A stretch of DNA of 64,000 nt from Octopus vulgaris (lineage: Eukaryota): positions 78,430,001 through 78,494,000 of the forward strand of contig OX597824.1 of assembly GCA_951406725.2 (NCBI GenBank), given 5' to 3'. Shown one piece after another: positions 14,130 through 29,199 of the stretch. Made by a program: the position numbers and the translations under genes. A model generated the notes under the pieces. It had not been told where the DNA came from, did not search any database, and saw only the letters and a list, made by a program, of their open reading frames with translations. Numbering within the stretch: position 1 is the first letter of the stretch; each line of letters begins with the position of its first letter.

Positions 14130-15150
14130 CAGCGACGTTAGACACAACTGCTGCTTTAAGGTGGTCAAAGGAAAGGATGTATGCATATCAGTAGATATTC
14201 ATAAATACTTTGACAGTAATATATGAAACCACTGTAGCCTATCTTTGAACAATAACTAGTATATTATATCCTCCTTTTGAAGCAACGCAAGAACTGGAAA
14301 TAACACACGGCCAGATGTACAAGGACAGCGATACTTAGACTTGACGACTGATGCAGTCCTTGTGGATACACACCGGAGTTGTCATCTACATCACAGGTTG
14401 CTGTCCAAAAATGTCATCGTGATTTTTATTTAACTACAATACATGAAGTCGCGGCGAAGATATTATATAGTACAAAAAAATCCATAGAAATGGTAGTCTT
14501 GAAATAAAAAAACATAGTATACTAGCAGTATCGCCCGGCGTTGCTCGGGTTTGTTTCAACCCTTTAGAATTAGAATTTTTGAAAAGTAAAAATGTTGCAT
14601 TATGTAGCTTGTTAATCTCTTTAAGTGAACACTTTTCTGGTTGAAATACACCGAAAAATGGCGACACAGCAGTAAACAAATCGTAAAAAGTAGGTATTTT
14701 CATAGAAAAAAAAAAAGCACCTTTTTTATGTAAATAATTTTTGCTGTTAACATGGTCCGATTTGAATTTTTTCTTCTACGGAAGGAAGAGCAAGCCTTCT
14801 TCTATCATACTCTCAATTTTGGTCAACTTGCGCCGCAAGGTCTCGGAGGAGATAGTATTATTTGAGGCTACCAAAGCTGCTATACATAGATAACTTCAGC
14901 TTTATATAGAGAGAGATTATAGTACTGTTGAGAGTATATTCAGCCAAGAATATCGACCAGTTTTGCTAGAATATTTCTACCAAAACTTCAGAAAAATGTA
15001 CGCATTACAAACCAGAGATAATGAATGATCTGAAACGGAGAAAATAAAGTATGCATAGTATTTGAAATCAGTTATGCTACGGGTGTTATCATAATTGAGG
15101 AAGAAAACAATTATATTGCTCTGACACCGAAAACTATTAGCAATTAACTA
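14130..15150 (+). mobile_element. Highly decayed RLE-type retrotransposon fragment interrupted by a Helitron
   Basis: LCG...HITGCCPKMSS near 14360-14420 parallels HIISSCPKMSS at 38020; a KPE...VFEIS-like stretch follows near 15005-15075. Confidence 0.45.
14522..14916 (-). mobile_element. Non-autonomous Helitron
   Basis: Minus strand starts TCTCTCT..ATATAAAG and ends with hairpin CCCGAGCAACGCCGGG then CTAG. Inserted between A and T, no TSD. Confidence 0.8.
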
Positions 15151-15612
15151 AAAGGGAGTTACGGCCCTGCTCTAAACACAAAGTAAATTATAACATTACA
15201 AGCAAACTAGATTATCAGAAGTTATGTCGAGTAGCAGAAACTCGACTGCCTGCTCTCTCGTCTAGTTATGCAATACGGAGTCGATAATATATGAAGCAGA
15301 GGTCAGCTCTACTAACCTTCTGAGCACCACAAGAGAGCATAGACACTAGATTTATATATAGGGGAAGATAGGTTTATGACACGTTCTTTAACTACGGATC
15401 ATTTTCAGACGTAAACGGAAGCAGAATACTGCAATCTTGTTGAATTATAACTGACGCCTACAGAATATCATAAGTGCATGATATTGATTTAAATGGACGA
15501 CTTTAGGTTTCTAAATTCACAGCAACCGCGAATGAAGCAGGGTGGCATTGAAGTACCTTGCATTCCTTCTTTATTTGTCTTATAATGCATTTTCTCTTCT
15601 ATTCGACACCAC

Positions 15613-15778
15613 AGGCGCAGGAGTGGCTGTGTGGTAAGTAGCTTGCTAACCAACCACATGGTTCCGGGTTCAGTCCCACTGCGTGGCATCTTGGGCAAGT
15701 GTCTTCTGCTATAGACCCGGGCCGACCAATGCCTTGTGAGTGGATTTGGTAGACGGAAACTGAAAGAAGCCTGTCGTA

Positions 15779-15872
<94 letters not shown>

Positions 15873-16085
15873 TGTGTGTCTGTGTTTGTCCCCCTAGCAT
15901 TGCTTGACAACCGATGCTGGTGTGTTTACGTCCCCGTCACTTAGCGGTTCGGCAAAAGAGACCGATAGAATAAGTACTGGGCTTACAAAGAACAAGTCCC
16001 GGGGTCGATTTGGCGGTGCTCCAGCATGGCCGCAGTCAAATGACTGAAAGAAGTAAAAGAGTAAAAGAGTAAAGAGTAAAAGAGT
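15613..16085 (+). mobile_element. SINE family B
   Basis: Full-length consensus match. Confidence 0.85.
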
Positions 16086-16211
16086 TTATCATTTTTCAGT
16101 ACCTCTATCTGTTATTTCCTCTCATCAAAGGCTGCTCCTAGGAATTTTCGTACTTTCTACTGATTCAAATTAAACTTTATAACTTTTACAGAATCCAGGT
16201 CTGCGATCGTG

Positions 16212-16530
16212 GCGGCTCATGGCCTAGTGGGTTAGGGCAGCGGACTCACGATCGAGGGATCGCGGGATCGAATCTCACACCGGGTGATGTGTGTGTGTTT
16301 ACGAGCGGAACACCTAAGCTCCACGCGGCTCCGGCAGAAGGTAATGGGAAAGAGGGAGAGAAAGTTGTGGCGAAAGAAACTCTTTCGCCACAAATTTCTC
16401 TCACTCTTTCCTCCTGCATCTAGCAGCTCACCTGCGACGGACTGGCGTCTTGTCCAGGTAGGGGACCTATACGCCAATGAAACCGGGAAACTGGGCCTTA
16501 TGAGACCAGACATGGCTGGAGAAGGAACAA
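16212..16530 (+). mobile_element. tRNA-derived SINE family C
   Basis: tggcctagtgggttagggcagcggactc...gggatcgaatctc head; related copies at 24847-25030 (+) and 44220-44405 (-). Confidence 0.75.
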
Positions 16531-17392
16531 ACAACAACATGAAGTATACGATCAACATCTAGACCACTAGGACTATCACCTATACCATCCCAAAGAGCAC
16601 TACAAACAAAAGTAAAAAGTAAATTTCCTTCACTAGTCATAGACCAATAAGAGCCGGTTTCCCCACTTTCCACAGCGTATATATCCCGCACATGGACGGA
16701 ACTCTGGTCGTCGCAGGATGGCTTATTTCTACCGGCTGAGTGGAGTGGGGCAACGTAAAATGAAGTGTTTTGCTCAAGAACACAATGTATCGCCCGGTCC
16801 AGGAATCGAAACCACAATCTTACGATCATGAGTCCGACACCCTCACAACTAAGCCACGCGTCTCCACAAACAACAACTTTAATACTATTATTAACAACTC
16901 CACAAATAAACCTATACCATCACAGACACCAGCATAAATATCATCACATAAATTACCACAATACCATCACCAGCACCAACACCAACAGCACCCAAGCACC
17001 ACTGGTAGTACCAACAGCACGATCACCAAAACCACAACAATGACCAACACTACCACCACCAGTTCCCCTTACAATCCCATCACCACGACCACCAGTACCA
17101 ACACTACAACACCTACAACGCCATCACCTACAACACCATCACCGACACCACTATCATCCCCACTAGTATAACACATAGTAAATATGAAACAGTATACGAC
17201 CACTAAATTTACACACGAACATCAGATGCTTGAGTATACGATCAATCATCCAGTAATAACTACTAAATTTCATTCAGGCTCTCTCCCACTCACCCTCCTC
17301 ATTCTTTCTCCTCATACACATACACATATACACATGCATACACATATACACATATACGCAAAATCACAAACAGGCATACATACATACATACA

Positions 17393-17425
<33 letters not shown>

Positions 17426-17457
17426 CTATCTTTGTTTATTTTCGTAAACTTTCCCTT

Positions 17458-17880
<423 letters not shown>

Positions 17881-18293
17881 ATGCATATGTGTGTACATAT
17901 TTATGTAAACACGCATGTATTTAGGAATATATATATATATACATAATATATAATTTACATATAGATATATATATAAAGTAAACATATACATGCAAATGCA
18001 GTCATACATATATTCAAAGAAGCACATGCATACGTACATACGTACATACATATACATACATACACACAAACTGCATCGTGAGATTGGTTATATTTCTGTC
18101 ACTAAAAGATTAGTTAAATATAATGAACAGAAACACCCCAGTGATATATGAGGATCTGTCGTACTTGTATAACCTGCGTAATGAGAATATAAAGTAATTA
18201 GCAACTCGAGTCTGTCTTTATCTGAGCAAACCCCCATTACACTGAAGAGATAGCTTCGCTTTATGATTAAGCAGCCACATAGTCCACAAAGCA

Positions 18294-18340
<47 letters not shown>

Positions 18341-18376
18341 CATACGTGTATGTTCACATGTGTGAGTGTATGTATG

Positions 18377-18444
<68 letters not shown>

Positions 18445-18847
18445 GACACACTTCTGTATAATATCTTACTTCTGTTAACTCTTTCCAAGTGTTAAATTTG
18501 ATTCGTTTACATTTATTATACTTAAATCTCAGGTGATGACCTGGACAAAATTGGCTGGCGGCATTTCTTTCGACTCGTTCGTTTCTAGTTCAAACACTGT
18601 CTGTTCGTCCTTTCGGGACCGATAAAATAAATACCTGCTGGGCACAAAGGCTGATCTAATCGACTAGCTTCCTGTCCTTAAAATTCAGGCCCTGTGCTTA
18701 TAATAGAAAAGGGTCTATAATACACTGACAGAATTCAAGCAATAGGTCTTAAGACCAAACTAGTACTCCAACTGCATTGATGCTAACAATACTACTGCTA
18801 CTATTACTGTACTACTACTACGACTACTACTACAAATAATAATAATG

Positions 18848-18910
<63 letters not shown>

Positions 18911-19255
18911 TTGGTTTCAAACTTTGGCACAAGGCCAGAAGGTTCAGGTGGAGTGGATAAATCGATTACATCGACCCCAGTACTCAACTGGTACTGATTT
19001 TATCAATCTCAGAAGTAACCATCAGAGCACCTCAATAAATCACAGCACATACCCATATAGTGAAAGCACGCTATAAAAATAAAACTACTGAATAATAATG
19101 AGGAGGAGGAGGAGGAAGAGGGGGGGAAGAGGGGGAAGAGGAAGAAGGGATGGGATGGGATGGGAGGAGGAGGAGGAGGGGAGGAGGAGGGGAGGAGAAG
19201 GGGAGGAGAAGGGGAGGAGAAGGGGAGAAGGGGTGGGAGGAAGAGGGTGATGAGA

Positions 19256-19305
<50 letters not shown>

Positions 19306-19514
19306 GATGATGATGATGATGGCGATCCTTGGCCTAAAATTTTAGAAGAGTTGGTAGTCAATTTCATTGACCAGTACTCAACTGGTACTTAATTTACCGA
19401 CCCCGAAAGGATGAAATGTAAAGTCGACCTCGGTGAAATTTGAACTCAGAACATGAAGACGGACGAAATGCTGCAAAGCATTTGGTACGGCGTGCTAACG
19501 ATTCTGCACTGATA

Positions 19515-20058
19515 ACGCCCTGATGCAGTACCAGGCAGTGGCTCTCATGGCTTCTAATCTTAACCGATTGGAAGTTATCATATATAAGTTAAGATACAGC
19601 AAATATTCTACTTAATACCACGGAGTTGCTTGTCAGTGCTTGACCTTAACAAGTTGAGCGTGTCTCTTAGTAATTGAAGATATGCGCGTCTCTGGTCGCG
19701 AGCAGAAAATAATGAGGAAGTATCTTAGCCATGTACCAAGAGGAATTCTTTGAGGTTTGAATAATTAATCTCTGGAAACATAGTTGTTTCGTTCATTCTC
19801 TTTAAACAACCATTATTCAGGGACCTTTTGAGCGGAAAGGACTACACGTTCTGGAGAATATAAACTTCAACTGGACGCCACATTCAAAGTCATGCACTGT
19901 TTATCTTGATATGAAATCACCATGTCGCGCACATATCGTTGTGATGCATGCGCCTGGTGCACACTTATTAGACAGGTATTCACGATAAGTATACTGGGCT
20001 TCATATATTTGTACCCCCAGTGTCATTTTCATAACATACATTGTTCTCTCACTCAATA
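19515..20058 (-). mobile_element. Second copy of the 59990-60415 repeat plus an extra terminal segment (internally deleted derivative)
   Basis: Direct sequence similarity to 59990-60415. Confidence 0.55.
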
Positions 20059-20065
20059 TCAATGA

Positions 20066-20515
20066 CTAGCAGTATAGCCCGGCGTTGCTCGGGTTTGTTT
20101 TTTAGTTGCGCTTAAAACGACAGACTTTGATGTCGCGTTAACAAAGTTTTGACATAGTTTCAATCTTTTTTGAAAAGCAAACATTTTGCATTATATAGCT
20201 TGTTATTCTCTTTAAGTTAACATTTTTCTGGTTGAAATACACCGAAAAATGGCGACACAGCAGTCAAAAAATCGTAAAATATAGGGATTTTCACAGAAAA
20301 AAAGCACCTTTTTTATGTTAAATAATTTTTGGTGTTAACATGGTCCGATTTGAATATTTTCTTCTGCGGAATGAAGAGCAATCCTTCTTCTATCATACTC
20401 TCAATTTTGGTCAACTTGTGCTGCAAGGTCTTGGAAAAGATAGTGTTAGTTGAAGGCTACCAAACCTGCCACACACACACACACACACACAGAACTTCAG
20501 CTTTATATAGAGAGA
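20066..20515 (-). mobile_element. Non-autonomous Helitron, same family as 14522-14916
   Basis: Same TC...hairpin-CTAG termini and shared body. Confidence 0.8.
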
Positions 20516-20999
20516 TATTAATCCATTCAACTTTTTGTCACAAGGCCATCAATTTTGAATATTAGATCGGTAGATTATTTTATCGATTCCGAATGGATGA
20601 AAAGCAGAGCAGACTCCGGCGGGATTTAAACTTAGACAAATACCGAAAAGTACTTTGTCCAGCGCAATAACGATTGCACCATCTCAGATCGATTATACTT
20701 GTCTCTCATCAAGAAGTTATATTCTATACATATGTGTTTTTTTTTCTGTCCGTTTGTCTTTTACTTTGCCAGTCTTGACGCGTGTGCTTGTATGATCGTG
20801 TGAGGAGGTTAGTTGTGTGTGTGGCTGTGTAAGAGTCAGTACGTGTATGCGTGTACTGGCTTATGTGTGCGCGAGTGCGTGTGTTTCTGTGCGCGCGCAG
20901 GTTGTTCCATTGATCGGATCGATTGGAACCCTCGCCGTCGTGACTGACAAAGTGACAGTGTGGTGTCTATGTGTTTGTGTTCATATATGTCTGAATTAG

Positions 21000-21177
21000 T
21001 GTGTATGTGTGTGTGTGTGTGTGTGGTATTTGTGTGTTTGCATAAATGTTTTTTATGAGAATGCGTGTGTGTGTATATATATGTGTGTGTATATATATAT
21101 ATATGTGTGTGTGTGTGGTATTTATGTGTCTGTGTAAATGTTTTTATGAGGATGCGTGTGTGTTTGTGTGTGTTTGT

Positions 21178-21219
<42 letters not shown>

Positions 21220-21431
21220 TATTTATATTTTTATTAGGATGCTTGTGTGTTTGTGTGCGCATGTGTATGTGTGTGTGCGGTATTTGTGTGTCTGTGTAAT
21301 GTGTAAATGTTTTTTTTATGGGGATGCGTGTGTGTTTGTGTGCGTGTGTGTTTGTGTGCGTGTGTGTTTGTGTGCGTGTGTGTATGTGGTATTTGTGTGT
21401 CTGTGTAAATTTTTTTATGAGGATGCGCGTG

Positions 21432-21462
<31 letters not shown>

Positions 21463-21470
21463 GTATCTGC
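21000..21470. repeat. GT-rich minisatellite, ~60-110-bp units
   Basis: ggtattt.tgtg..tgtgtaaatgttttt.atgaggatgcgtgtg recurs about five times. Confidence 0.8.
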
Positions 21471-22489
21471 AAATATCTCGGTAAATGTATGCGTATGTGT
21501 TCTGGGAGGTTGCTCTGTATGTATGTATGTTTATGTGCATATGTATGTATATTTATATATATGAGTGTATGTGGTTGTGTGTATGTGTGTGTCTATGTGT
21601 GTGTACAGGAATTTACTGAGACATAAACTGTACGGTTATTTAAAGAACCCATCTATCACTGGTCATCAACATCATCATCATCATCATCATCAACAACGAC
21701 GACGACAATAGCACCAACACCGACACCACCACAACCACCACCAACAACATCAACAACAACAATGAAATGACCAGCATCACCAACATCACCAGCATCACAT
21801 CCATACTCACTCCTCCATCATCGCCACCACCTCCACAAATAACACTACCGCCACCACCAAGACCATCTGTCATATGGGAGTAATGTGTATGTATGTGTAC
21901 GAATCGGACGTTGCGTATGAATATGTATGTGTATATGTGTGTGTGTGTGTGCCTCAGTGTGTTGCATATATGTGTATGTATGTATGTATGTATGTATGTA
22001 TGTATGTATGTATGTATGTATGTATGTATGTATGTATGTATGTGTGTGTGTATGTATGTATGTATGCATGTATGTATGTATGAATGTATGTTTGTATGTA
22101 TGTATGTATGTATGTATGTATGTTTGTATGCATGTATGTATGTATGTTTGTATGTATGTATGTATGTATGTATGTATGTATGTATGTATGTATGTATGTA
22201 TGTATGTGTGTGTGTATGTATGTATGTATGCATGTATGTATGTATGTATGTATGTTTGTATGTATGTATGTATGTATGTTTGTATGTATGTATGTATGTT
22301 TGTATGTATGTTTGTATGTATGTATGTATGTTTGTATGTATGTATGTATGTATGTATGTATGTATGTATGTATGTATGTATGTATGTATGTATGTATGTG
22401 CGCCTATATACGGGTATCAAATAAAACATCTGCCCTGGTTATTCCAGGAACTCATTTGTCAAGGTTTACCAATAACATCCCCGCCGATA

Positions 22490-22990
22490 CCACCGCGACC
22501 ACCACCACCGATACCAACACCAACACCAACGCCGACACCATTACGCCTGATATCATCATGACCACCACTTCGGTCGTCATCGCCAACATCCCCATCACCA
22601 CCAAAACCACCGTCTTCGTCGCTAACACCACTAGCGCACCATCGAAACTACTTCAAGCGACAATAGTATCATCCCATCCAATACTACCACCACAACCATC
22701 GCCATCACGTTCATCATCCCCATCCCGCAGCGACAACACAACTACCAAAGCTACCACCACCACCACTACCAATACCACCACCACCACCCCCAGCGACACC
22801 ACCACTACCACCACTAATAACACCACTGCCACCAATAACACCACCACCACCACTACTACCATCACCGATACTACCACCAATGACACCACTACCACCACCA
22901 CCTATACCACCACTACCACCACCGATACCACCAACACCGCCACCGACACCACCACCACCACTGACACCACCACCGCTACCACCACCTATA
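22490..22990. repeat. ACC/ACT-rich low-complexity tract
   Basis: Degenerate (ACC)n; similar tracts at 16950-17160, 21660-21860 and 24520-24840. Confidence 0.85.
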
Positions 22991-22991
22991 C

Positions 22992-23224
22992 CTATTTCTT
23001 TATTGCCCACAAGGGGCTAAACACAGAGAGGACAAACAAGGACAGACAAACGGATTAATTCGATTACAACGACCTCAGTCCGTAACTGGTGCTTATTTAA
23101 TCGACCCCGAAAGGATGAAAGGCAAAGTCGACCTCGGCGGAATTTGAACTCAGAACGTAGCGGCAGACGAAATACTGCTAAGCATTTCGCCCGGCGTGCT
23201 AACGATTCTGCCAGCTCACCGCCC
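22992..23224 (-). mobile_element. SINE family A
   Basis: Full-length match to 792-1026. Confidence 0.85.
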
Positions 23225-23628
23225 TATCATCACCACCATCACCTATAATACGACTACTAACAGCAACAGCTACAACAACAACAACACTGCTACGGACACC
23301 AACACCACCACCACTACGATCCCAGCATCCTCATTACCTTCACTACGACTCGTACGATTACCAACACAACCCCCAACACAGTTGTACTAAAAGAACACCT
23401 ATACGTAACCGTCGTTTAATAGCACCCTACGATCTGAAAAAAGGAAAGATATATAAAGTTGTGATAAAGTTTTTCTAGATAGCTCCTAAAATGATGTAAT
23501 GGTCACGGCTGGAAAGCTTTTGATGGAAGATATGTTCTATTACAGTTGAGCTGTCGGGTACGAGAACGACACCAGAAGGATGGATGGATAGATAGATAAT
23601 AGATAGATAGATAGATAGATAGATAGAC

Positions 23629-24360
<732 letters not shown>

Positions 24361-25321
24361 TGTATTAACTATTTTTCTTTGTATCTTGTATGTGTTGTGT
24401 GTATTGCATATGTTGTTAGCCTTTGCTTCATGTTTATATAAACAAAACTGTTAGATATATATAACTATAGTTTCCGTTATTATATATCCTTTTCCCGCCA
24501 CTATTGCTTCTGCTATTACCAGCAGCACCACCATCACCACTACTACTACCGCTACTACCATCATCACAACGCCTGCCAACTTCACCACTACATAAGCCAT
24601 TATCACCTGTATAACTTATCATAATTACCACCATTCGTGCTATACCTACCACCACCAACAACAACAACAGCCACCACCGACCCAACACCTCTGTTTCTGC
24701 CGTTGTTATGTATTCAATTACGTTATCCCCTCCACCATTTTTACTTCTACTACTTCCACAGAAACCATTCACTCTTGGGGTGTTATTGCCATTATTGCAA
24801 CCACCATCATAACTGGACATACATAACAGCAGCAACAACAGTGTGGAGGCGCAATGACCCAGTGGTTAGGGCAGCGGACTCGCGGTCGTAAGAACGCGGT
24901 TTCGATTCTCAGACCGGGCATTGTGAGTGTTTATTGAACAATAACACCTAAGCCCACGAGACTCCGGCGGTGGGGGGGGGTAACCCCGCTGTACTCTTTC
25001 ACCACAACTTTCTCTCACTCTTTCTTCCTACTTCTGCCACAAAGCAGAGGAACTATGGTCTAACCAACTATGGTGTGGTAAACTTTCAGGCCGTAGTCTA
25101 GATTGCGAATCCTCCGTACCCCAGGATGGTTCAGCTCTCCACCCGTTAAAAGCCACCGATTACGGAATGAGGATAACAACGTAGGTTTCGCGCCCCTGCA
25201 ACCGCCATGTCTATCGCGGGTGATGGGTGGATCTTCAAGTTGCCAAACGCATTCTTAATAGCTTAGAGTAGGCTCGAATTAGAGATTATTCTTTGTGGCT
25301 AATGGCGCGAGTCCTGATTTG

Positions 25322-25455
25322 GAAGAAGAAGAAGAAGAAGAAGAAGAAGAAGAAGAAGAAGAAGAAGAAGAAGAAGAAGAAGAAGAAGAAGAAGAAGAAG
25401 AAGAAGAAGAAGAAGAAGAAGAAGAAGAAGAAGAAGAAGAAGAAGAAGAAGAAGA
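25322..25455. repeat. (GAA)n microsatellite
   Basis: ~44 perfect units. Confidence 0.95.
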
Positions 25456-26439
25456 GTGGCAACGACATTATTAACATGGACACGATCAGCATCGCCTCTA
25501 CCACCACCACCACCACCACCACTACAAGCATCACTAGCACGAACTGACGATAAAACCTTTGTGTGGTTGCTCGATATAGGCGGAAATGCAGCTAAACATT
25601 ACTCAAAACACAGTTTAAAAAAGAAAAAGCCATGCCGGATAATATAGATTCTGATAAGGAATTATCCAACGATGCATTGCGATACACAACTCGGTGTGCT
25701 GCGAGAATAATAAAATTATATTTTAATAAAGGAGAAACATATAAATCAGAATTTATGATACCTATACCTTAACGCAATAAAAGCAGACGCCTACGCTTTG
25801 TGTCACAATCTAGAAATTTATTCGAAATTGCACTCGGAATGCAAATCGATGTATTAAATACCAAAAGATGTTTAACAGACATTTGAATGAATCTGCCACA
25901 TCACAGACTTAAATTATGAATTATATATCAATACAAAAGTACTTTCATTTCTACCTACCTCTTGTACCATCGTCTAGAAAATGTTATTTGAAAGCGGTAA
26001 CTTCTTTTACTAATGAAAATGTCTATATCTATATTTAAGTCCATGCATCCATCTATCCTATTCTGTACCTTGGATATGTCGTGGGTAAGAGTCCTCAGTT
26101 ACTTCTCCATAGGGTACTATCAGAACCAACTGTCATTAAATTTTGGGGGCTGGATTCCGAAGTGCGAACAACTGAAACTGCGGATATTATCGAACGATCC
26201 CATTCTCTCGGCCTACCCCTAGGTCTCTTCTGGGTTGACTTCGTATCAAGAATTCGTCCTTGTGGTTCTTCCCTTTGACATTCCAATCGCATGTCAGTAG
26301 TACTAGAGCTGTGACCACTCAATGCAGAAAGGTAGCGACTCGACCTGAAGAGACTCTCTGATCTCCGAGCTACACACCTTGTCGAATAACGTTACTCCAG
26401 AGACCCTTCGGAGGAATCCCACTCGTCCGCTTATATTTG

Positions 26440-26791
26440 TTTCTTTATTACCCACAAGGGGCTAAACATGGAGGGGACAAACAAGGACAGACAAACGGAT
26501 TAAGTCGATTTCATCGACCCCAGTGCGTAACTGGTACTTAATTTATCGACCCCGAAAGGATGAAAGGCAAAGTCGACATCGACGGAATTTGAACTCAGAA
26601 GGTAACGGCAGACGAAATACGGCTACGTATTTCGCCCAGCGTGCTAACGATTCTGCCAGCTCGCCGCCTTCTCAATGTGTGACGCTTACAGCACTTAGGT
26701 TTCCCAAGCGGGCACTCATCTAAGTACTAACTAGGCTCGACTTCGGTGATCGGACGGGAACCGGTGCTTTCAACGTGATAAGGCCGTAAGC
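26440..26791 (-). mobile_element. 5S rRNA + tRNA-SINE chimeric retroposon with 17-bp TSD
   Basis: TCGTCCGCTTATATTTG at 26423-26439 and 26792-26808 brackets 5S, a 13-nt linker and a full SINE (26440-26670). Confidence 0.85.
26684..26791 (-). pseudogene. 5S rRNA retropseudogene (~108 nt, ~10-nt deletion in box A region)
   Basis: Minus strand GCTTACGGCCTTATCACGTTGAAAGCACCGGTTCCCGTCCGATCACCGAAG^TCGAGCCTAGTTAGTACTTAGATGAGTGCCCGCTTGGGAAACCTAAGTGCTGTAAGC matches metazoan 5S; the terminal stem GCTTAC/GTAAGC is intact. Confidence 0.9.
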
Positions 26792-27581
26792 TCGTCCGCT
26801 TATATTTGCAATCCTACTCTTTAGATCGTTACCCAACATTCATGATCATAAGTAAGGACAGGCTCGAAAACTGAAATGAAAATAGCACGTCTGGCTTATT
26901 TTACCAACCTCTCTTCTCTTTTGAGGACCGAATGCTGAAGCTGAGTCATTACTGTGTCAGTTCCTACAATGCTAACATCCAATTCAGCCTTTTCCTTGCC
27001 ATCACTCGTGAATACGGCCCCGAGAGACTTAAACTTCTCCACATGCTCTCGTGATGTTTCACTAATATGCAGAGTACAATGAAACGAATTTCTTGAGAGA
27101 ATCAATATTTCAGAATTCGCAACACAAATTCTCATCCATCCCAGCCTTGCAGCACTCGTCAGCGAACCCTTTCAATCGATGCTCAGAGAATATGATTTTG
27201 CCCACGAACAAACTTTGTAATAAGTTATCAAAAGTACAATAACAACTGAAAGAAAGTATGAGTCAAAAAACACATTACAATTGTAACTGGAAAGCATGCA
27301 ATAAGCTGTTTTCAATGGCTGAGTCGTAAGCACGGCGGGCAAAACTGTTTAGCGGCATTTCGTCGGTTTTTACGTTCTGAGTTCAAATTCCGTTCGAGGT
27401 CGACTTTACTGGATCCAATGAAATCGACTTACCCCCTTCCCCAACTTGCTACCCTGTGCCAAAATTTGAAACCAATATGTATGTTCTTATAAAGCGGCAA
27501 GCTAGCAGAAGCGTCAGCGCACATCAGGCTAAATTATTAGCGGTATGTTTTCCGACTTATTACTTTCTGAGTTCAAATACC

Positions 27582-27807
27582 TATTTCTTTATTACCCACA
27601 AGGGGCTAAACACAGAGGGGACAAACAAGGACAGACATAGGTATTAAGTCGATTACATCGACCCCAGTGCGTAACTGGTACTTAATTTATCGACCCCGAA
27701 AGGATGAAAGGCAAAGTTGACCTCGGCGGAATTTGAACTCACAACGTAACGACAGCCGAAATACCGCTAAGCATTTCGCCCAACGTGCTAACGTTTCTGC
27801 CAGCTCG
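27582..27807 (-). mobile_element. SINE family A nested in an opposite-strand copy, 13-bp TSD GAGTTCAAATACC
   Basis: TSD at 27569-27581 and 27808-27820. Confidence 0.85.
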
Positions 27808-28095
27808 GAGTTCAAATACCACTGAGGTTGCATATGTAGGTCGATAAAATAACCACCAGTTAAATACTGGAATTCATGAAATCTACTACCTTCTTCGCAA
27901 TTGATGGAACGATTATAAGTGAAGAAAACCATATTGGTTTCAAATTTTGGCACAATGTCAGCAGTTTGTGGGGAGGGGTTAAGTCTATTCAATCTATCCC
28001 AGTCCCCAACTTGAGGCAGAATTTGAACTCAGAACGCAAAGGACGCTAAGCATTTTACGTGGCCTGCTAAGGATTATGCCAGGTCACCGTCTTAA

Positions 28096-28314
28096 CCCAT
28101 TCGTTACCAACCTGGCGGAAACCGGCTCTGGCTCTGAGTACAAATGTCTTGTTTTCATAAGTTTTGAATTAAAATTTTCCACCAAACCTCAGTCACAATT
28201 TATGTTCCTAACACTAGCTGATGATAACTAAGTTATTTTACTAAATCCTTTGTTATATTTAAAGTAATTGAAAGAAACACAGAGCATCTCAAAAGAAATA
28301 CAGTAATGAAAGGG
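28096..28314. mobile_element. piggyBac-like MITE
   Basis: TTAA|CCCATTCGTTAC ... GTAATGAAAGGG|TTAG termini. Confidence 0.7.
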
Positions 28315-29199
28315 TTAGTAAGAAAATGTGTATTAAACCCATTTAATCGTCGAGTTTTTTATTATTAAAAGCTATCTTACTTTTGGAAGGAAATGTATTA
28401 AATGAATAAGTTATTTTCATTTAATTACATTGCACTAAAGAAACCCGTGGAAACTCCATGGATTTCGCTAGTCCTTATTATTATGCTTACCACATGTGTT
28501 CGGATGACAGAATTTTCTATGGAACAAAATCGAAAAAAATAACTGAAATTGTTAACATAATATAATTCGTTCGAGTGTCGTATTTTCAAGTACCTTTAAT
28601 ATGGAACTAAATCTAAAACATAATGAAATATCTTTATTAGCATCTATAAGTTTATACATCAGAATTGAAATAGGATGTTAATTTTTTTTTTTTTACAAAG
28701 CGTGACTTCTCTAGGGAGCCCCGCTAGGAAAGTCTTAATATGATGCAAATTATAACTGCAAACGTGTCAACCGAATTAAACTTTGAGTGGGAGAGAAGGA
28801 AGGAAGTACTGCGTGCATTTTAAGTAAATTCTGGTCATATGGGTACACTATTTAAAAGAAAATTAGAGTATTGGTTTTTGATTTTAAGAGTTCAAATAAA
28901 ATATATATATATTTTTTTTTTTTTTTTGCTGAAAACGCTGTTAAATGTAAATCTATAGTGAATTGCACGATTACGGTTTTTTTCTAATCAAATATTCTTT
29001 TATGTAAAGATTTTGCATGTCACAACTAAAAAAATAAACCAGAATTTCAATTGAAAATGTAAAATTTTGTATGAATACATATAGCTCTAAGATATTATTT
29101 ATTTTCCATGTCTTTCATGTGATACTAACTTTTCACACGTTTATAACTATAGTAATCACGAATGCGTTTAATCTAAAGACTGTTTTAAACCTCGTTTCG

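Larger units (their letters stand above)
26100..27180 (-). mobile_element. Decayed RTE-clade LINE fragment (RT C-terminus), split by the 5S-SINE insertion
   Basis: Minus-strand peptides VEKFKSLG..TSDG..ELD, PVLTYDHECWV, GFLRRVSGVTLFDKV.SSEIRESLQV and KRPRGRPR are typical of RTE ORF2; many stops. Confidence 0.8.

Noticed and set aside
15613-15690. tRNA-like heads of SINEs as tRNA genes
   Set aside because: They keep A/B boxes but no cloverleaf and run into SINE bodies.
18240-18295. CTGAAGA next to (TA)n
   Set aside because: No GAAA or stem III downstream.
22084-23058. 324-aa Thr-rich, mucin-like ORF
   Set aside because: Built from (TATG)n, degenerate (ACC)n and a SINE tail; the open frame follows from low complexity.
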